DNA from: Bryobacteraceae bacterium
GTDB lineage: Bacteria; Acidobacteriota; Terriglobia; Bryobacterales; Bryobacteraceae
DNA: 58,736 nucleotides
Reading direction: 5' to 3'
NCBI GenBank assembly: GCA_039934475.1
Contig: JBDTMC010000001.1
Location: 1 to 58,736 of the forward strand
The notes below the pieces were generated by a model. It saw only the letters and a program-made list of their open reading frames with translations. It did no database searches and was not told the DNA's origin. Shown here in pieces: positions 26,756-37,574 of this stretch. A program made the position numbers and the translations under genes. Within the stretch, counting starts at the first letter, position 1. Every line of letters begins with the position of its first letter.

Positions 26756-28057
26756 TTACGCGTAGATCCCGCGCAGCTTAATGGCAAAGGCCACGCGGTC
26801 CAGTGCCAGCATATAGGCTGCCGTCCGGTTGTGGACATTGTGCTTCTCGCCATAACCCACCACATCGCGGAAGCTGTTCACCATGATCTCTTCCAACCGC
26901 CCGTTTACTAACTGCTCATTCCAGAAGAAACCCTGCCGGTCCTGCACCCACTCGAAGTAAGAAACAGTGACTCCGCCCGCATTGGCAAGGATGTCGGGCA
27001 TCACGAAAACGCGCTTGTCGGCTAGTATCTTGTCCGCCTCAGCCGTAGTCGGTCCATTGGCGCCCTCACACAAAATCTTTGCGCGAATCCTGTCCGCGTT
27101 CTGTGACGTGATCACGCCTTCTCTGGCCGCCGGCAGCAGCACATCGCAATCCAGAAACATCGCCTCATGCGGATCCATATTCTCACCTTCGGAGAAATTC
27201 AAGATGGAGCCGGTCTCTTCCCGATGTTCGCGTAGCTTCTGAATATCAATTCCGTGGGGGTTATAAACCGCGCCATCCCACTCAATGATGCAGATGATTT
27301 TGAAGCCGGCGCGCTGCATCAGCTTCGCCGCCATACCGCCCACATTTCCAAATCCTTGTATGACCACGCGCGTGTTCGCCGGCTCTAAGCCGAATTTCCG
27401 CAGCGCCTGCAGCGTCACAATCAGGCATCCTCGCCCGGTAGCCTCACTGCGCCCGCGCGAGCCGCCCAATTGATATGGCTTACCAGTGACAACAGCGGTC
27501 ACGGTTGTGCGTTTGTGCATGGAATAGGTATCCATGATCCACGCCATCGTCTGCTCATTGGTGCCCATGTCCGGCGCCGGCACATCGCGCTCCGGCCCGA
27601 TGAAATCGATGATCTCCGCGGTGTAACGGCGCGTGATCCGCTCCAATTCACCCTGCGATAGCAGCGGCGGGTCGCAGATCACTCCACCCTTGGCGCCGCC
27701 GAACGGAATGTTCACCACGGCGCACTTCCACGTCATCCACGAGGCCAACGCCCGCACTTCGTCCAACGTCACATCAGGCGCAAAACGAATGCCGCCCTTC
27801 CCCGGACCGCGGGCAATTGAATGCTGTACACGATAACCTGTAAACACTTCCAGCCGGCCGTCATCTAATTGGACGGGGATGTGAACTGTGATTTCCGTGG
27901 CAGGACTCTTCAGGACTTTACGCATACCGTCGTCAAGTCCAAGCTTTTCGGCCGCCTCGTCGAAGCGGACCTCAGCGGCCCGCCATGGATTCAATTCCTG
28001 CTCCATGGAGGGGCTGGCCATCGCGTCAAGGATCATCGTGGATGCCTCCGAACACAT
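26756..28057 (-). CDS. Glu/Leu/Phe/Val dehydrogenase family (glutamate dehydrogenase)
   Basis: ..[19 protein letters not shown].. and ..[11 protein letters not shown].. motifs. The true start is probably an internal Met (28036, 28021 or 28006). Confidence 0.9.
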   Translation of the reverse strand: MCSEASTMILDAMASPSMEQELNPWRAAEVRFDEAAEKLGLDDGMRKVLKSPATEITVHIPVQLDDGRLEVFTGYRVQHSIARGPGKGGIRFAPDVTLDEVRALASWMTWKCAVVNIPFGGAKGGVICDPPLLSQGELERITRRYTAEIIDFIGPERDVPAPDMGTNEQTMAWIMDTYSMHKRTTVTAVVTGKPYQLGGSRGRSEATGRGCLIVTLQALRKFGLEPANTRVVIQGFGNVGGMAAKLMQRAGFKIICIIEWDGAVYNPHGIDIQKLREHREETGSILNFSEGENMDPHEAMFLDCDVLLPAAREGVITSQNADRIRAKILCEGANGPTTAEADKILADKRVFVMPDILANAGGVTVSYFEWVQDRQGFFWNEQLVNGRLEEIMVNSFRDVVGYGEKHNVHNRTAAYMLALDRVAFAIKLRGIYA

Positions 28058-28058
28058 T

Positions 28059-29933
28059 ATGACACCAAATTATGACCGTAAAAGAACTATTACACCCACT
28101 CTTCAGTGGGTCCTATTGATCTTCATGCTCGGCAACGCGTTACCAGCGATTGCGGAGCTTCCGCCTGTCTCACTCACTTCCGTTGCCACAGGCATCGAAG
28201 CTCCTACTACGATTCAAAGTGCCGGCGACGGTTCCGGCCGTCTCTTCCTCGTCCAGCAAGGCGGTCAAATCCGCATTCTGCGGGGAGGAATCTTGGTGTC
28301 CACGCCGTTTCTGGACATCGGCGCTCACATCTCTTCCGGCGGCGAACGCGGTCTTCTCGGACTCGCCTTTCCCCCTGACTTTGCCTCAAAAGGGCACTTC
28401 TACGTGGATTATACCGATCCTCAGGGCAACAGCGTCGTCGCCCGCTATGGTGTTTCCGCAGCCAACCCCGATGTCGCCGACCCGTCCTCAGAGACCGTCC
28501 TGCTCCGGCAGCAGCAACCCTTCGAAAACCATAACGGCGGCAATATTCAGTTCGGCCCCGACGGGTATCTCTACATCGGGTTCGGCGACGGAGGCAGCGG
28601 CGGCGACCCTCAGGGCAACGGCCAAAATCGGCGCACGTTCCTCGGCAAAATTCTCCGTATCGACGTGGAAAGCGATCTTAACGCGTACCGGGTCCCACCC
28701 ACCAACCCCTTCGTCAACGATTCGTCGTATCTGCCTGAAATCTGGGCTATGGGAGTCCGCAATCCGTGGCGTTTCTCCTTCGATCGCGTCACGGGTGACC
28801 TGTGGATTGCCGATGTGGGTCAAAACCGGGCCGAAGAGATCGATTACCAACCGGCCGGTAGCGCCGGTGGTGAAAACTACGGCTGGAACGCGGTGGAGGG
28901 TTTGCAATGCTTCAGCCAGGCCGGGTGCGATCAAACGCCATACACACGGCCCATCCTGGAATACACGCACGACGATGGCAATTGTTCAGTAACCGGTGGC
29001 TCCGTGTATCGTGGCACTAAGTCACCCGGTCTGCGAGGCACTTACATCTATGCCGATTATTGTTCCGGACGGATCTGGGGTGTTCGCCGCGAAGGCAGCG
29101 AGTGGGTGAATCAGTTACTCTTCAGCTCCGGCCAGCAGCTTACCACCATGGGTGAAGACGAATCTGGTGAGATTTACGCCGGCGCTTCCTCAGGAGTAGT
29201 TAGCCTGATCAATGGCGGTCAGGCGCTGTACTTTACGCCGTCCGCCGTCACTAACGGAGCCAGTTTCGTTTCCGGCCTTGTCCCCGGATCCGCCGCAACC
29301 GTTTTCGCCGCAGGCGTGCTTGACGCTGCAGGCATCCAGCCGGCACAAAGCCTTCCCCTTCCCGTCAGCATCGGCAACGTGTCGGTCACAGTAGGCGGCA
29401 AGACTGCGCCACTCTATGCCGTGGCCAACACCAATGGAATCGAGCAGGTGAACTTCCAAGTGCCCTTTGACCTCACCCCGGCTGAGACCACACCGGTCAT
29501 CGTCACTCGCAACAGCATCGCCAGCGCAGCCGTCAACGTGCCGCTACTGGCATACCAACCGGGTATCTTCAGCACCAACGGCCAAGACGCCATCGCCGTC
29601 TTCCACGATACGAACACATTGGTAACTGCGGACAAGCCAGCCGCCGCCGGCGACCTGCTGTATTTCTACGCTGCCGGACTTGGACCCGTCCATAACACGC
29701 CCGTCACCGGCGCGGCCACGCCTGCCAGCCCCTTCGCGGACACAACGGAGCAGCCAGCAGTAACTTTGAACGGCCAACTTTGCGAGTTCTTCTTCGCTGG
29801 CCTCGCGCCGACCTTCGCGGGCATCTACCAGGTAAACGTTCGCGTTCCGGCAGGCTTGGCGGCGGGCAATGCCGCTCTTGTGATCTCCATCGGAGGTGCT
29901 ACGAGTCCGACAGTCAAGCTTCCCGTGCACTGA
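28059..29933 (+). CDS. PQQ-dependent sugar (sorbosone/glucose) dehydrogenase-like beta-propeller fused to Solibacter C-terminal domain
   Basis: ..[49 protein letters not shown].. The C-terminus QPGIFS...[16 protein letters not shown]...[20 protein letters not shown] is TIGR03437-like. Start chosen at ATG 28059 (signal-like segment follows). Confidence 0.8.
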   Translation: MTPNYDRKRTITPTLQWVLLIFMLGNALPAIAELPPVSLTSVATGIEAPTTIQSAGDGSGRLFLVQQGGQIRILRGGILVSTPFLDIGAHISSGGERGLLGLAFPPDFASKGHFYVDYTDPQGNSVVARYGVSAANPDVADPSSETVLLRQQQPFENHNGGNIQFGPDGYLYIGFGDGGSGGDPQGNGQNRRTFLGKILRIDVESDLNAYRVPPTNPFVNDSSYLPEIWAMGVRNPWRFSFDRVTGDLWIADVGQNRAEEIDYQPAGSAGGENYGWNAVEGLQCFSQAGCDQTPYTRPILEYTHDDGNCSVTGGSVYRGTKSPGLRGTYIYADYCSGRIWGVRREGSEWVNQLLFSSGQQLTTMGEDESGEIYAGASSGVVSLINGGQALYFTPSAVTNGASFVSGLVPGSAATVFAAGVLDAAGIQPAQSLPLPVSIGNVSVTVGGKTAPLYAVANTNGIEQVNFQVPFDLTPAETTPVIVTRNSIASAAVNVPLLAYQPGIFSTNGQDAIAVFHDTNTLVTADKPAAAGDLLYFYAAGLGPVHNTPVTGAATPASPFADTTEQPAVTLNGQLCEFFFAGLAPTFAGIYQVNVRVPAGLAAGNAALVISIGGATSPTVKLPVH

Positions 29934-29942
29934 GTACTCGCC

Positions 29943-30824
29943 TTACCGCGAGACAATCACATACTGCTCGAGGTTATTCACATAAAACGCGCGGAACATA
30001 CCCGCAGGCAGCAATCCGTCTTCCTGCGGAACGCCAGTGGACTGCCCTCCGGGCATCAGCGCCACTTGCAAATCGGAGAACTTGTGCCCTCCCACCGCCA
30101 GTTCCGCTAAGCGCGCCCGCGTGACATATCCGGTGCCACACGTGGATTGAACTTCATCGCCAAAGGCAGCACCGCGAAACAACGTGGCGCCGCGAACCCC
30201 GGGACCGCGATCGTGCAGCATCATCCCCGATGCTCCCGTATCCAGAATCAGCGTGAGGGCAATACCGGCGCGCCCGGACGGCATCGCCTCCATCGCCACT
30301 CTGTTGCCAATTCTTTGAAATTGCTCTCGCCGGCCCTTCAGGCTTTCCGAGGCAACCGCCGCCTCGTCACCAACAAGCATCCGTCGGTTCTGGTAGTCGA
30401 TGAGGTAGTTCATGCGCCGCAGAACGTCTTGTCCCAACACTCCCTGAATGCGCGGATGCACTCGTCGCGTTGACTGTAGATTGTGTCTGAGAATTTCTAC
30501 GCCGCGCACTGTCAAGCCGCCAATTTGCAATTCGGCATCGGGCGAAACGCCAACGATTTCCCTGCCCGCCGCAGCGGCTATTTCCACGCGGGAAGTTAGC
30601 ATCAAGCCAGCGGACTCCATGGCCCTGGGAGTCGCCATCGTCCCGTCCGCACCAGTGTCCAACAGGAAGAGAAAAGGCCCAGCACCGTTGATTCGAACTT
30701 CAATCAAGGGCAGATTGCTCTCCAGACGGAGAGGTATGGACTCGCTCCACAACGGTACAACGAGGGCCGCGCTGAGCAGAGGTACTAGAATTCTCAAGAC
30801 CCCCATCAGATCGCCTCCTGTCAC
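29943..30824 (-). CDS. secreted two-domain retropepsin-like aspartic protease
   Basis: Two DTGA motifs (FLLDTGADGTM, LILDTGASGMM) after a signal-like N-terminus. Confidence 0.75.
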   Translation of the reverse strand: MTGGDLMGVLRILVPLLSAALVVPLWSESIPLRLESNLPLIEVRINGAGPFLFLLDTGADGTMATPRAMESAGLMLTSRVEIAAAAGREIVGVSPDAELQIGGLTVRGVEILRHNLQSTRRVHPRIQGVLGQDVLRRMNYLIDYQNRRMLVGDEAAVASESLKGRREQFQRIGNRVAMEAMPSGRAGIALTLILDTGASGMMLHDRGPGVRGATLFRGAAFGDEVQSTCGTGYVTRARLAELAVGGHKFSDLQVALMPGGQSTGVPQEDGLLPAGMFRAFYVNNLEQYVIVSR

Positions 30825-30883
30825 CTAACTGTAATGTTACAGTTCCATGAAGTCAATCCCCGTGTGATACAATCCCCGTTCGA

Positions 30884-31666
30884 ATGCAAGCCAAGAAGCT
30901 GCTCCCCCAACTCATCGCCGAGTTCCTCGGCACCCTTGTCCTCATCACCCTCGGCAACGGCGTTGTTGCCATGGTCGTCCTCTTCGGCCATGGCACACCG
31001 GGCGAAGTCGTTATGGGTGGTTTCACAAACATCACGCTCGCCTGGGGCCTCGCGGTCACCATGGGCATCTACGTGGCCGGTCGCCTTACGGGCGGCCACT
31101 TGAATCCGGCCGTCACCTTGGCCTTAGCGGTATTTCGCGGCTTTCCTTGGAAGAACGTCATCCCGTACTCGATTGCGCAAATCGCGGGAGCCTTCGCCGG
31201 CGCCGCCATCGTCTTCGTCAATTACCGCGAAGCCATCGCCAAGGTTGACCCCATGCTCGATCACACGGCGGGCATCTTCACAACATTCCCGGCGTTCCCC
31301 AACGTTCCCGCGGCTGGCTTCATCGACCAGGTGATTGGCACCGCTCTCTTGCTGTTGCTCATCCTGGCGATCACGGACGAACGGAACCAACCCTCCGGCA
31401 TCCTCACGCCAATTCTCGTCGGCTTAGTGGTTGTAGTCATCGGCATGTCTTTTGGCGGCCTTCACGGTTACGCCATCAACCCCGCCCGCGACTTCGGCCC
31501 CCGCCTGCTCACCGTCTTGGCCGGCTATAAGAACAACGGCCTCACTGATGGCAGCGGCGTTTTCTTAGTGCCCATCTTCGGCCCACTGCTCGGTGGCCTC
31601 ATTGGCGCCGCCATCTACGACTTCGGCATCCGCCGCTGGCTCCCCGCCGCCGGCGCTGCCGAGTAG
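30884..31666 (+). CDS. glpF: MIP-family aquaglyceroporin
   Basis: Two NPA boxes (HLNPAVTLA, INPARDFGPR) and six hydrophobic segments. Confidence 0.9.
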   Translation: MQAKKLLPQLIAEFLGTLVLITLGNGVVAMVVLFGHGTPGEVVMGGFTNITLAWGLAVTMGIYVAGRLTGGHLNPAVTLALAVFRGFPWKNVIPYSIAQIAGAFAGAAIVFVNYREAIAKVDPMLDHTAGIFTTFPAFPNVPAAGFIDQVIGTALLLLLILAITDERNQPSGILTPILVGLVVVVIGMSFGGLHGYAINPARDFGPRLLTVLAGYKNNGLTDGSGVFLVPIFGPLLGGLIGAAIYDFGIRRWLPAAGAAE

Positions 31667-31734
31667 CTCAGGTCTCGAAGAGCCCCGACCGGGCATGGCT
31701 CCAACGGTGGAGCAAATTGGAGGATAATGGAGCC

Positions 31735-31989
31735 ATGCCTGTCCTCAACATCAAAGACCCGGAAGCCTATCGCCTAGCCGCGGACCTTGCCCGACTCACA
31801 GGCAAGTCCTTGACGCGTGTGGTGGTTGACGCCCTCAAGACAGAGACCCAGCGTACCGCCCTGCAACCCAAGAAGATCGACTATGCCCGGATCAGAGCGA
31901 TACAGGACCGGGTCGCGACAAAACTCACGGGTAGTCACCGAACCCCGGAAGAAATTATCGGATATGACGCGAGAGGACTGCCTGAGTAG
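31735..31989 (+). CDS. vapB: type II antitoxin, VapB family
   Basis: MPVLNIKDPEAYRLAADLARLTGKSLTRVVVDAL.. It lies immediately upstream of a PIN gene (15-nt gap). Confidence 0.75.
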   Translation: MPVLNIKDPEAYRLAADLARLTGKSLTRVVVDALKTETQRTALQPKKIDYARIRAIQDRVATKLTGSHRTPEEIIGYDARGLPE

Positions 31990-32004
31990 AAGGACCACCT
32001 AAAT

Positions 32005-32397
32005 ATGGTCCTCGACACATCCGCCATATTCTCGATCCTCACTCTTGAACCGGACCAACATAGATACCTCGAAGCCCTCAGCACGGAGGGGCAGCGCCTC
32101 ATGTCCGCCGCCACCCTCTATGAAACCGCAGTCGTCTTGTTTCTCGACTCGGGCGACGCCTCGCTTATCGTAGATTTGAACGACCTCATTGATGAGCTAG
32201 GCATCGAGATTGTGCCGTTCGATTCCACCGCCGCTTGGGAGGCATTCGAGGCGTACACTCGTTTCGGCAAAGGGATTCATCCCGCCCGCCTAAACCTGCT
32301 GGATTGCGTGGCATACCAGTTGGCCCGTCACGTCGGACACACCATACTATTCAAAGGGAACGACTTCTCGCGTACTGACGCACTCCCGGCAGTGTAA
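32005..32397 (+). CDS. vapC: type II toxin, PIN-domain VapC
   Basis: MVLDTSAIFSIL...LMSAATLYE...LNLLDCVAYQLA fits the PIN acidic-residue pattern. 130 aa. Confidence 0.85.
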   Translation: MVLDTSAIFSILTLEPDQHRYLEALSTEGQRLMSAATLYETAVVLFLDSGDASLIVDLNDLIDELGIEIVPFDSTAAWEAFEAYTRFGKGIHPARLNLLDCVAYQLARHVGHTILFKGNDFSRTDALPAV

Positions 32398-32414
32398 ACC
32401 CTCAGCAATTACTA

Positions 32415-32443
32415 TTGACACTCGGTCCAGTCCACCCTACACT
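32415..32443 (+). promoter_or_regulatory. sigma-70-like promoter of the padR-permease pair
   Basis: TTGACA (32415-32420), 17-bp spacer, TACACT (32438-32443). The ATG is at 32458. The CTAGCTAG palindrome lies between the -10 box and the start. Confidence 0.5.
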
Positions 32444-32457
32444 GTACCTAGCTAGCT

Positions 32458-32793
32458 ATGCCCAAGTCCCGGAACGATAAATTGCAGGGCACCCTCACCC
32501 TGCTTGTCCTGCGCACCCTCGATGCTCGCGGTTCTCTTCATGGCTACGGCCTCTGCGATCACATCCACTCTGTTTCCGGGGATCTGCTCGAAGTGGAAGA
32601 AGGCTCTCTATACCCGGCGCTTCATCGAATGGAGCAGGACGGTTGGATTTCATCCCAGTGGGTAATTACCGACAAAGGACGCAAGGCGAAGGTCTACTCA
32701 CTCACTGTGCTTGGCAAGAAACAACTGGCCGATGAACAGGAGGCGTGGATGAAACTCACTCGCGGCGTGACGAGTGTCCTGCAGTTTTCGTAG
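32458..32793 (+). CDS. PadR-family transcriptional regulator (acidobacterial type)
   Basis: ..GTLTLLVLRTLDARGSLHGYGL...EEGSLYPALHRMEQDGWISSQW.. It is paired with an ADOP permease. Confidence 0.9.
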   Translation: MPKSRNDKLQGTLTLLVLRTLDARGSLHGYGLCDHIHSVSGDLLEVEEGSLYPALHRMEQDGWISSQWVITDKGRKAKVYSLTVLGKKQLADEQEAWMKLTRGVTSVLQFS

Positions 32794-32807
32794 TTCGGAA
32801 ACCGGCC

Positions 32808-35519
32808 ATGCCATGGTATTCACGCTGGCGTAATGTCTTTCGCGCGGGGCGTCTGAATGACGATCTGGAGTGCGAGTTTCAGTATCACGTGGCCGAGACC
32901 ATCGACAGCCTCGTCGCGGCCGGCATGCCGGAAAAGGAAGCGTTGCGAGAAGCGCGACGGCGGCTGGGCAACTACTCCCTGCAAAAGGAACGGACTCGAG
33001 ATATGAACATCGCCTCCTGGCTGGATGAAACACGCGCCGACCTCGTCTACGCGGCGCGCCAATTGAGAATCAATCCCGGATTCGCCTTCATCGCCATCCT
33101 CTCGTTGGCCCTGGGAATCGGCGCGAACACCGCCATCTTCCAGCTTGTGAATGCGATTCGCCTGAAGACACTACCGGTTCAGAACCCGCGGGAACTCGTG
33201 TCGATTGACTTTGAAGAGGGCTCCACCCGTAACGGCACTTGGTACAACGGAGGCGCCGCCGGTACGTATGCTCACTGGGAGCAGATTCGGACGCAACAGC
33301 AGGCGTTCTCCGGTGTGCTGGCCTGGAGTGCCACCCGCTTCAATCTCGCCGACGGCGGGGAACCCCGTTACGTCCAAGGCCTGTACGTCAGTGGAGAGTT
33401 CTTTAAGCACCTTGGCGTGGGCGCGGTAGTGGGGCGCACCTTCACAGCGCAGGATGACAACCCGGCCTGCAATGCCGGAGCAGTTGTCAGTTATTCGTTT
33501 TGGCAACGGGAGTTCGGCGGCGACTCGGCAATTCTCGGAAGGACAGTAAGCCTGGACGGGCATGCATTCCCTGTAGTCGGAGTAACTTCCCCTACTTTCT
33601 TTGGCCTCGAAGTGGGAAACCGCTACGACGTGGCCATCCCCATCTGCGCGGACCGTTTGATGGCGGAAGATGGACGGGGCCGGATTCCAATGCCCGCCGG
33701 GTGGTGGCTATCGATGATCGGACGCCTCAAGCCGGGGTGGACTGTCCAGAGTGCCTCCGCACATCTCCGTGCCCTCTCGCCAGGAATCATGCGAGCTACT
33801 CTGCCGCCTGGCTACAACCCCGACGTAGCAAAGAAATATCTCGCCAATAAGCTGGTCGCCCTCGAAGCGGGCACCGGAGTCTCAGAACTGCGAGAACAGT
33901 ATGAACGTCCGCTGTGGCTCCTCATGGCGACCACCGGGTTGGTGTTACTGATCGCCTGCGCCAATCTGGCCAATCTGCTGCTAGCGCGTGCTTCGGTGCG
34001 GGAACCGGAGATCGCCGTCCGCCTCGCTATCGGCGCGTCGCGATGGAGGCTGGTGCGTCAGCTTCTGGCGGAATCTCTGCTACTCGCCGTGGCCGGCGCC
34101 GCGCTCGGCGCGGGTGTAGCGTTCGCGCTGAGCCAAGCGCTGATCGGCTTCATCAGCACTCCTGGCAATCCGATCTTTGTGGACGCACGGCTGGACTGGC
34201 GAGTCCTCTCGTTTACCGCTGCCCTGGCCGTGGTTACTTGCATCCTCTTCGGCCTGGTGCCGGCCTTGCGAGCGACTTACCTGGCGCCCTCCGCCGCGAT
34301 GCGTTCCGGAGGCCGCAGCACGACAGCCGGGCGGGAACGGGCGAGCCTACGCCGGACCCTTGTCTCCACCCAGGTGGCGCTATCCCTTGTCTTGCTCTTC
34401 GGCGCTTTACTGTTCGTCCGCAGCTTGCATAATCTACTGACTGTCGACGCGGGATTTCAATCGCAAGGGATACTCGCCGTCAATATCGATTTCGCCAAAA
34501 TGCGGTATCGGGAGGACCGCCGCTTCACGGTTTATCGTGAATTATCCGAACGATTGTCCGCCATTCCGGGTGTCGTTTCCGTAGCCCAGGTTTCATTTAC
34601 TCCGATGAGTGGCAGCACTTGGAATAACGTGATTGGCCCGGACGATTCGGCCGCGTTGAACAGCGACAAGCTCTCGTTCTTCAACCTCGCCGGTCCAGGC
34701 TATTTCCGGACGATGGGCACGCGACTGATGGCCGGGCGCGAGTTTGATGCCCGCGACACGCGCTCCGCGCCAAGAGTGGCCATCGTGAACGAGGTGTTCG
34801 CGCGCAGGTTCTTTAGCGGCGCCAATCCGATAGGCCACACGTTCCATATGGGAGCAGAAGCCGGCCAACCGGAAAAACTCTTCCAGATCGTTGGATTTGT
34901 GGAGAACACTAAATACCTCCAACTGCGCGAAGAGTTCAAACCCATCGCTTACTTCCCCATCGAACAGAACGAGCATCCGGGCCCAGACGCCACATTTGTT
35001 TTGCGCATCGCCGGGTCACCAGAGCGATTTCAGAACGGCGCTAAGGCGGCAGTGGGTGCGATGAGTTCGGCGATGGGCGTTGCGTTCCATCCCTTCTCCG
35101 CGCAACTGGATGAGTCTCTGTTGCGTGACAAGCTGATGGCAACCCTTTCGGGAGGCTTCGGATTCCTCGCTGGCCTGCTCGCCACACTGGGGCTCTACGG
35201 TGTGATCGCTTACGGGGTTGCCCGGCGGCGCAATGAGATTGGTGTACGCATGGCCCTTGGCGCTGACCGCCACCACGTCATTCGCCTTGTGCTTCGAGAG
35301 GCAGTCACGTTGATTGGTGTCGGCATCGCGGCCGGCATCCCGCTGGCGTTGTGGGCAGGCAAAGCAGCTTCCACGCTCCTCTTCGGCCTTGCCGCGCATG
35401 ACGCCGTCTCACTGCTGGCAGCCGCTGCGCTGCTTACGCTCATTGCCCTCATCGCCAGCTACGTGCCCGCCCGGCGCGCCGCCGGCCTCAACCCGATTAC
35501 GACTCTGCGAAACGAATAA
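32808..35519 (+). CDS. ADOP-family duplicated FtsX/MacB-like permease
   Basis: The N-terminus MPWYSRWRNVFRAGRLNDDLECEFQYHVAETID...GMPEKEALREARRRLGN is typical of the family. Two FtsX-like membrane modules follow. Start chosen at the ATG at 32808. Confidence 0.9.
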   Translation: MPWYSRWRNVFRAGRLNDDLECEFQYHVAETIDSLVAAGMPEKEALREARRRLGNYSLQKERTRDMNIASWLDETRADLVYAARQLRINPGFAFIAILSLALGIGANTAIFQLVNAIRLKTLPVQNPRELVSIDFEEGSTRNGTWYNGGAAGTYAHWEQIRTQQQAFSGVLAWSATRFNLADGGEPRYVQGLYVSGEFFKHLGVGAVVGRTFTAQDDNPACNAGAVVSYSFWQREFGGDSAILGRTVSLDGHAFPVVGVTSPTFFGLEVGNRYDVAIPICADRLMAEDGRGRIPMPAGWWLSMIGRLKPGWTVQSASAHLRALSPGIMRATLPPGYNPDVAKKYLANKLVALEAGTGVSELREQYERPLWLLMATTGLVLLIACANLANLLLARASVREPEIAVRLAIGASRWRLVRQLLAESLLLAVAGAALGAGVAFALSQALIGFISTPGNPIFVDARLDWRVLSFTAALAVVTCILFGLVPALRATYLAPSAAMRSGGRSTTAGRERASLRRTLVSTQVALSLVLLFGALLFVRSLHNLLTVDAGFQSQGILAVNIDFAKMRYREDRRFTVYRELSERLSAIPGVVSVAQVSFTPMSGSTWNNVIGPDDSAALNSDKLSFFNLAGPGYFRTMGTRLMAGREFDARDTRSAPRVAIVNEVFARRFFSGANPIGHTFHMGAEAGQPEKLFQIVGFVENTKYLQLREEFKPIAYFPIEQNEHPGPDATFVLRIAGSPERFQNGAKAAVGAMSSAMGVAFHPFSAQLDESLLRDKLMATLSGGFGFLAGLLATLGLYGVIAYGVARRRNEIGVRMALGADRHHVIRLVLREAVTLIGVGIAAGIPLALWAGKAASTLLFGLAAHDAVSLLAAAALLTLIALIASYVPARRAAGLNPITTLRNE

Positions 35520-35558
35520 GTAGGCTCCCCTTCTGTTCGGGAATCTTAACGAAAAGTG

Positions 35559-35587
35559 TTGACGAATTCCAGCGGTTGTTTTAAACT
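35559..35587 (+). promoter_or_regulatory. sigma-70-like promoter upstream of the TetR-efflux operon
   Basis: TTGACG (35559-35564), 17-bp spacer, TAAACT (35582-35587). The ATG is at 35614. Confidence 0.4.
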
Positions 35588-35613
35588 CCGGTTTAGAACG
35601 TCTGTTTGAATTC

Positions 35614-36288
35614 ATGCCATCTCCAGTTTCAGACCGCCACGACGAAACCCGGCTTAAACTCATTGATGCCGCTGGTGAAGTCTTCGCCGAAGGCGGCTAT
35701 CAGGCCGCCACCGTGCGCGACATCTGCGCCCGCGCCGGCGCCAACGTCGCCGCCATCAACTACCACTTCGGCGACAAGCTGGGCCTATACACCGAAGCGC
35801 TGAAACGTGCCGTCGTCAAAGCGGAGCGCCCGGCCTTCGAAGCGTTATCCGCCTCCAATGATCCTGAGCAGGATCTGCGGCGCTTCCTGCTCCTCATGTT
35901 CCGCCAACTGCATCGGGACGACCGCCCTGCCTGGTGCACTAAAGTCATGGCGCACGAACTGGCACAGCCGACTGCGGCCCTCGCCGTCGTAGTGGAACAC
36001 GTCATCCGGCCCAACTCGCGCGTCCTCCGCGGCATCGTCGGCCGCATCCTCGGTCTTCCGGAGGATCATTGTCAAACTCGGCTGTGCGTCCACAGCGTCA
36101 TCGGCCAGGTAGTGCACTACGCACATGCCGGCCCGGTGATCGCCCTGCTCTGGCCTGACTGGAAAATGACTCCCGAAGCCGTGGACGAAATCGCCAGCCA
36201 CGTGGCTGAATTCTCGCTCGCGGCCATGCACTCAATCAAACGGAAAGCTCAATTGACAACTCCCAAACCCACCAGGAGATCGAAGTGA
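35614..36288 (+). CDS. TetR/AcrR-family regulator (YbiH/CecR-like)
   Basis: N-terminal HTH ..RLKLIDAAGEVFAEGGYQAATVRDICARAGANVAAINYHFGDK.. It is the first gene of a ybhGFSR-like cluster. Confidence 0.85.
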   Translation: MPSPVSDRHDETRLKLIDAAGEVFAEGGYQAATVRDICARAGANVAAINYHFGDKLGLYTEALKRAVVKAERPAFEALSASNDPEQDLRRFLLLMFRQLHRDDRPAWCTKVMAHELAQPTAALAVVVEHVIRPNSRVLRGIVGRILGLPEDHCQTRLCVHSVIGQVVHYAHAGPVIALLWPDWKMTPEAVDEIASHVAEFSLAAMHSIKRKAQLTTPKPTRRSK

Positions 36289-37556
36289 CTGACCAGCCAG
36301 CGACGGAACAGAAACCCGGTACGGCCTACAAACCCGCCGGCCTCACTCAGACGGCAGCCACTGAGAACGGTAAGAGCCGCGCACCCATCATCCGCATCGT
36401 CGTGCTACTCGCGCTGGCAGTAGGCGGCTATTTCATTTGGAAGTACGTCAAGGGCCCCGAGATTCCCGCTGGACTGGTTCAGCTTAGTGGAAGAATTGAA
36501 GGCGATGATTCCTCGGTGGCCAGCAAAACCAGCGGCCGCATCCTGGAAATCCACTTCCGCGAAGGCGACCTGGTGAAGCAAGGCGACATCATTGCCGTGC
36601 TGGATGAAGATCAGATTCGCGCCCGTGAGAATCAGGCGCAGGCGGCCGTGGCCCAGGCCCAGTCCCGGGTTACTTCCGCCCAACAACAGATCGCCGTGCT
36701 GCAGCAGCAGCTAGTCCAGTCGAAGCTACAATCGGCCCAGTCTGGCGAGGACTCGGCTGGGCGTGTGCGGCAGGCCGAATCCGAACTCGCCGCCGCGCAG
36801 GCTGATCTGGTCCAACAGGAATCGAATCTGAAACTGGCCGAATTCGACCGCGAAGCGTATACGCGGTTGGCCAAGACCGGTGCCGTCTCTGAACGCCAGG
36901 GTAAGGAGGCAGTCAGCCGCGCCGACGCCCAGGCAGCCGCCGTAGCCGCCACCCGCCGTCGCGTGGAAGCCGCGCAGGGCGCGGTCACTCTTGCCAAATC
37001 CAGCCAGTCTAACGCGCCCATCCGCAATGCGCAGTCCGCCGGCGTGGAAAGCCAGATCGTGCAGCAGAAGTCTGAAGTCACCACCGCGCAATTCCAGTTG
37101 ACGCAGGCGAAGGCCCAACTGGCTGAAGCACAGGCCAATCGCCAGGACCTCACCATCCGCGCGCCCTTCGAGGGCGTCGTCGTCACCCGCAACGCGGAAC
37201 CCGGGGAAGTGGTCTCCGCCGGAACCTCGATTGTCACCATCGTCGACCTCAACAAAGTCTATTTGCGCGGCTATATCCCCGAAGGTCAAATCGGCAAGGT
37301 TAAAGTGGGCCAAGTGGCGCGGGTCTTCATCGATTCCGACGTCAACAAGCCGCTCGAAGCCTACGTCTCCCGCATCGATCCGCAAGCGACTTTCACGCCT
37401 GAGAACACTTACTTCCGCAACGATCGCGTGAAGCAAGTAGTCGGCGTGAAGTTACAACTCAAAACCGGCGCCGGCTTCGCCAAACCGGGCATGCCCGCTG
37501 ACGGCGAAGTCCTCGTCCAGGGTGACACCTGGCCGCCTCATGTCAAGCAGCAATAG
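36285..37556 (+). CDS. HlyD-family membrane fusion protein
   Basis: Single N-terminal TM, a long coiled-coil (AQ-rich) hairpin, and a beta-barrel C-terminus. It overlaps the TetR stop by 4 nt. Confidence 0.85.
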   Translation: MTDQPATEQKPGTAYKPAGLTQTAATENGKSRAPIIRIVVLLALAVGGYFIWKYVKGPEIPAGLVQLSGRIEGDDSSVASKTSGRILEIHFREGDLVKQGDIIAVLDEDQIRARENQAQAAVAQAQSRVTSAQQQIAVLQQQLVQSKLQSAQSGEDSAGRVRQAESELAAAQADLVQQESNLKLAEFDREAYTRLAKTGAVSERQGKEAVSRADAQAAAVAATRRRVEAAQGAVTLAKSSQSNAPIRNAQSAGVESQIVQQKSEVTTAQFQLTQAKAQLAEAQANRQDLTIRAPFEGVVVTRNAEPGEVVSAGTSIVTIVDLNKVYLRGYIPEGQIGKVKVGQVARVFIDSDVNKPLEAYVSRIDPQATFTPENTYFRNDRVKQVVGVKLQLKTGAGFAKPGMPADGEVLVQGDTWPPHVKQQ

Positions 37557-37574
37557 CGGATTCGACTAACCGCC

